From assembly GCA_039189765.1 (NCBI GenBank), contig JBCCYL010000008.1, positions 73,697 through 137,696 of the forward strand: a stretch of 64,000 nt of DNA, read 5' to 3'. The translations under genes and the position numbers were made by a program. Each line of letters begins with the position of its first letter. Positions within the stretch are counted from its first letter, which is position 1. Positions 60,686-64,000 of this stretch are shown here, piece after piece. A model generated the notes under the pieces. It made no database searches and was not told the origin of the DNA. It worked only from the letters and a program-made list of their open reading frames with translations. Source of the DNA: Cyanobacteria bacterium P01_F01_bin.150 (GTDB lineage Bacteria > Cyanobacteriota > Cyanobacteriia > CAKZMO01).

Positions 60686-60692
60686 CGGTTAC

Positions 60693-60726
60693 GTAGGGTG
60701 CGTGCAGGCGACAGCCGTAACGCACC
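60693..60726 (+). repeat. REP-like GTAG palindrome
   Basis: GTAGGGTGCGT...ACGCACC; weaker similar copy at 17542. Confidence 0.55.
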
Positions 60727-60735
60727 AGATAGCTA

Positions 60736-62526
60736 CTACCACAAATTTAATTGTTCCACTCCATCGTGGACTTTTACAGAACGGAAGCGATCACGTCCCA
60801 CCCCAGCCTGAGAACGCGCTCTAGAACGATGGAGTTTGATATCAACATGGGCCACAAACCAAGTGCGGAGGGCGATCGCCTCTTCTTCTACTAAATTATC
60901 CAAATCCAGCGCAGCCGGAAACAATTCAGGCGACAACGTACTGTACCACTGGATATCTGAAGGGTAGCGTTGGTTTACCTGTGCCATGCACGTATCGGTC
61001 CCAAATGGCTCCACTGACTCAGGCAATCGCGCCAGAAACGGCAGCACATTTTCTACCGTTAAAACGTTCTTACGTTGGCTCTCCAATTGCTCAACCCTAT
61101 GCTGCCGAGCTTCTCGATAATCCAACATCGGCGGCGGATAGTCTTTTAGGCGGGGTGGTGCCCCAAGCGTCTCAATGGGCACATTGGCTAGTTCAGGAAG
61201 CCAGCGTCGAATAAAGACCCCGTTGGGATCGCATCGATTTACCGCCGCTTGTCCAGGATTGTAAATTCGAGTCCAGGTTTTATCTAAACAATGGGTCACC
61301 CCCGACTGCATCGCCCACTGGTAGTGATCGATGGGACAATCGCCATCAATCAAATGCTGCATAAAGTGCAGCGCCCCATAGCGCCAGTCCATCCCCATTA
61401 AATTGCTTAAAAAGCTAGAGTAAATTGCCCGTACCCGGAAATTCAATTCTTTCCAACCCCCCGTTGCTTCCAAACACCGGGCCGCTGCATCAATAATGGG
61501 AAACCCCGTCTGTCCAATTTGCCATGCTTCATAAAGGCGATCGTTAAAGTCCCAGCCATCGTCATCAAAAATCGTGTAGAGCGATCGCACCTCTAGCTGA
61601 GGTAAATAGCGAAATCGTTGGGTAAAACCACTCCCCCACCGCAGTCGAGAAATAAACTGTCGGCAACTACGCTTAACCTTTTGGTTTCTTCCCTGACTCG
61701 CAGTACTATCAGCCCATGGGGAATTTAACGGGGCTAGAGTCGATAGAAATGCCTGAGTCGTTTGGTAACACTCCCGCACGGAAATTACTCCAAACTTGAT
61801 ATGAGGACTTAAGCCAGACGTCGCCGTTGCCCCAGGATAAGACAACTGCCAGTAGTAAGATTTTGTTTTCCTCGTTAGAAATTCTTGAAGCATTTTCCGG
61901 GCGGAATGAATACCACCGGGCGGAATCACCTTATCATCTGCTGTAAAGCCAAGGTCTTCAACAGTGGGAATGGGATCAGAGATATTAGCAGATAGATGCG
62001 ATCGCCCTTCCTCCAGCCAAGCAGATCGTATCGAGTCCGGAACTGCAACTCTTATAGGCGCAGGAATAATAGGCTCCTGCATTTGGGAATACCACAGGTC
62101 TCTATAGTTGGGATAGGCCACTAGGTCTGGGGTCGTGCCTGGGGGTTCAAACCAGCGAATCTTCATACCCTGATCTGCTAAAGCTCGATTCAGCCGAGCA
62201 TCCCGCACCCGGCCATAGATCCGCTCAAAATCAACGTGGGCATAGATACCCTCAGCCTGGGTCTCTCGAACTAGCTTGGGCAATATATCCACTGGATCGC
62301 CGTAGCGGATAATTAAGCGACCGCCGCGATTGCGCAGGTCTTTGTGGAGCGATCGCAGACACTCCAGCATAAACGCCACCCGTGCCACCCCAATTTCAGG
62401 ATGCTCCAGTAACGCCCGATCCAAGATAAACACGGGTACCACCAATCCACGCCGAGCAGCCCGATGCAGCGGCCCATGATCAAAGATTCGTAAATCTCGC
62501 CGAAACCAAACGATGGTGCACTTCAT
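60736..62526 (-). CDS. Photolyase/cryptochrome family FAD-binding protein
   Basis: VWFRRDLRIFDH, SGLSPHIKFG, GQTGFPIIDAA, LIDGD, FIRRWLPEL. Confidence 0.9.
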   Translation of the reverse strand: MKCTIVWFRRDLRIFDHGPLHRAARRGLVVPVFILDRALLEHPEIGVARVAFMLECLRSLHKDLRNRGGRLIIRYGDPVDILPKLVRETQAEGIYAHVDFERIYGRVRDARLNRALADQGMKIRWFEPPGTTPDLVAYPNYRDLWYSQMQEPIIPAPIRVAVPDSIRSAWLEEGRSHLSANISDPIPTVEDLGFTADDKVIPPGGIHSARKMLQEFLTRKTKSYYWQLSYPGATATSGLSPHIKFGVISVRECYQTTQAFLSTLAPLNSPWADSTASQGRNQKVKRSCRQFISRLRWGSGFTQRFRYLPQLEVRSLYTIFDDDGWDFNDRLYEAWQIGQTGFPIIDAAARCLEATGGWKELNFRVRAIYSSFLSNLMGMDWRYGALHFMQHLIDGDCPIDHYQWAMQSGVTHCLDKTWTRIYNPGQAAVNRCDPNGVFIRRWLPELANVPIETLGAPPRLKDYPPPMLDYREARQHRVEQLESQRKNVLTVENVLPFLARLPESVEPFGTDTCMAQVNQRYPSDIQWYSTLSPELFPAALDLDNLVEEEAIALRTWFVAHVDIKLHRSRARSQAGVGRDRFRSVKVHDGVEQLNLW

Positions 62527-62754
62527 CGGAGGATGTTTAATACCGATCCCGAACAATCACTGCTTTAAATGTAACGGAAGATTGCGATCGCTGTTTGGTC
62601 AGCGTTAGGGGGCCATTCTCAAAAAGCGCGAGAATCCTCTGAAAATGGTCTAAAAGCCATCTCTAAATAAAGGAATGGCGATCGCCTGAGGTGGTCCCCA
62701 AAAACTGGACAGGTAGCTAAGCTCTGAACACCCAAGCTGTGATAGGAGTAGTTC

Positions 62755-63072
62755 ATGACTAACAAACGCAAACAATACAGTGCCCAATTCAAGGCCAAAG
62801 TCGCTCTGGAAGCGGCCAGGGAAGCAAAAACGACGTCACAACTGTCCAGTCAGTATGACATTCATCCAACTGTTATCAATAATTGGAAGCGGCAACTACT
62901 CAGTGAGGCAAGTAGCCTATTTGAAGCTGACAAAAAGAATGACAAAAAGTCGAAAGACCAACAAGCACAAATTGATGAGCTATATCGACAAATTGGGAAA
63001 TTAACAGTGGAACGAGATTTTTTAGAGAGCAGGTCAGAGCAGTTGGGATTGAGGATAGAAAAGCCTTGGTGA
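62755..63072 (+). CDS. IS3 transposase OrfA (HTH)
   Basis: RKQYSAQFKAKVALEA...WKRQL...LYRQIGKLTVERDFL. Confidence 0.9.
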   Translation: MTNKRKQYSAQFKAKVALEAAREAKTTSQLSSQYDIHPTVINNWKRQLLSEASSLFEADKKNDKKSKDQQAQIDELYRQIGKLTVERDFLESRSEQLGLRIEKPW

Positions 63073-63893
63073 TGCCTGACCATGAGCAGCTAAGTATTGT
63101 GGAACAGTGTGACTTATTAAATATAGCACGTTCTAGTCTTTATTATCGATCTAAAGGTCCATCAGAGGAGGATTTAATATTAGCAAGATTGATTGATGAA
63201 CAATATATGAGAACCCCCTTTTATGGGAGTCGAAGGATGACAGTTATTTTGCAAAAGTTAGGATATCGGGTGAATCGAAAACGAGTTCAACGGTTGATGC
63301 GAGAGTTAGGCATTGAGGCGATTTACCCTAAGCCTAGATTGAGCAATATGAATTCAGAGCATACGGTGTATCCATATCTTTTGAAGGGTTTGGCGATTAA
63401 TCATTCTAATCAGGTGTGGTGTACTGACATTACATATTTGCCAGTTTTAAAGGGCCATTTCTATTTAGTGGCGATTATGGATTGGTTTAGCAGAAGGGTT
63501 TTAAGTTGGAGGATTTCTAACACTTTAGATGTGACATTTTGTGTAGATTCTTTAGAAGGGGCGATCGCATTATATGGGACACCAGAGATCTTTAATTCAG
63601 ATCAAGGAAGTCAATTTACATCGAGTCAATTCACGGATATTTTGAAAGCTAAAGATGTTAAAATCAGCATGGATGGGAAAGGTCGGTGTTATGATAATAT
63701 CTTTATTGAGCGGTTATGGCGATCGGTCAAATATGAGCTGATATATATCAAGTCATTTGATGATGGAGTTCATTTGATAAAAGAGGTAGATGAGTGGTTT
63801 AGGTGGTATAATAATGAAAGGCCACATCAATCACTAGATTATCGAACACCTGGTATTGTCTATCAGGAAAAGCTTGAAAAAAGTATCTCTTAA
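63066..63893 (+). CDS. IS3 transposase OrfB (DDE integrase core)
   Basis: WCTDITY, NSDQGSQFTS, DNIFIERLWRSVKYE, YNNERPHQSL. Confidence 0.93.
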   Translation: MVMPDHEQLSIVEQCDLLNIARSSLYYRSKGPSEEDLILARLIDEQYMRTPFYGSRRMTVILQKLGYRVNRKRVQRLMRELGIEAIYPKPRLSNMNSEHTVYPYLLKGLAINHSNQVWCTDITYLPVLKGHFYLVAIMDWFSRRVLSWRISNTLDVTFCVDSLEGAIALYGTPEIFNSDQGSQFTSSQFTDILKAKDVKISMDGKGRCYDNIFIERLWRSVKYELIYIKSFDDGVHLIKEVDEWFRWYNNERPHQSLDYRTPGIVYQEKLEKSIS

Positions 63894-64000
63894 GGGCAAT
63901 TTGAACAGGATAGTAGAGAATTAGGTGATAATACAGGAGATCTATCCTTCTCAGAGCTTAGAGATCTCCAAAAGTTGTCCCAATACTTGGGTCCACTTCA

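Larger units (their letters stand above)
1..64000. repeat. HIP1 octamer GCGATCGC dispersed across the window
   Basis: Roughly 80 copies by eye, often GGCGATCGCC; cyanobacterial hallmark. Confidence 0.95.
62687..64000 (+). mobile_element. IS3 family insertion sequence, apparently complete
   Basis: IRL TGAGGTGGTCCCCAAAAACTGGACA; IRR reverse complement TGAAGTGGACCCAAGTATTGGGACA; TG...CA ends; orfA and orfB. Confidence 0.93.

Noticed and set aside
1..64000. tRNA/rRNA genes, NtcA boxes and the many short antisense ORFs in the track
   Set aside because: No cloverleaf or rRNA signatures seen; no convincing GTA-N8-TAC found in the promoters I checked, including narM; the nested ORFs overlap well-supported genes.

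Overview
Cyanobacterial chromosomal DNA: the HIP1 octamer GCGATCGC occurs roughly once per kb, heptamer STRR tracts are present, and there are narM-, CAAD- and xisI-type genes. Most of the window is housekeeping or conserved genes: ssb, amylosucrase, a Co/Ni ECF transporter (cbiM/Q/O plus a small accessory gene), cobO-like/dcd/thyX, aspartate kinase, rsmE, a Crp-family regulator and a photolyase-family gene. Four things stand out. (1) A 27-41 kb envelope cluster centred on a 102-aa lipoprotein made almost entirely of 12 (D/N)PC repeats, next to a YHS-domain lipoprotein with a near-identical signal peptide, plus Omp85, VTT, DoxX, NDH-2-like and RND genes; several upstream regions share an 11-bp-periodic box. 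(2) A dispersed ~80-bp MITE-like element, at least 8 copies, with imperfect terminal inverted repeats, apparent target duplications and a central hairpin whose sequence varies while pairing is kept. (3) Several decaying accessory genes: a CcbP-like gene with a nonsense codon, a Roc-COR-TIR remnant, an xisI remnant and a PD-(D/E)XK fragment. (4) A complete IS3-family element that ends exactly at the window edge. I saw no rRNA, tRNA or CRISPR array. All family calls come from motif recognition by eye, not from database searches.
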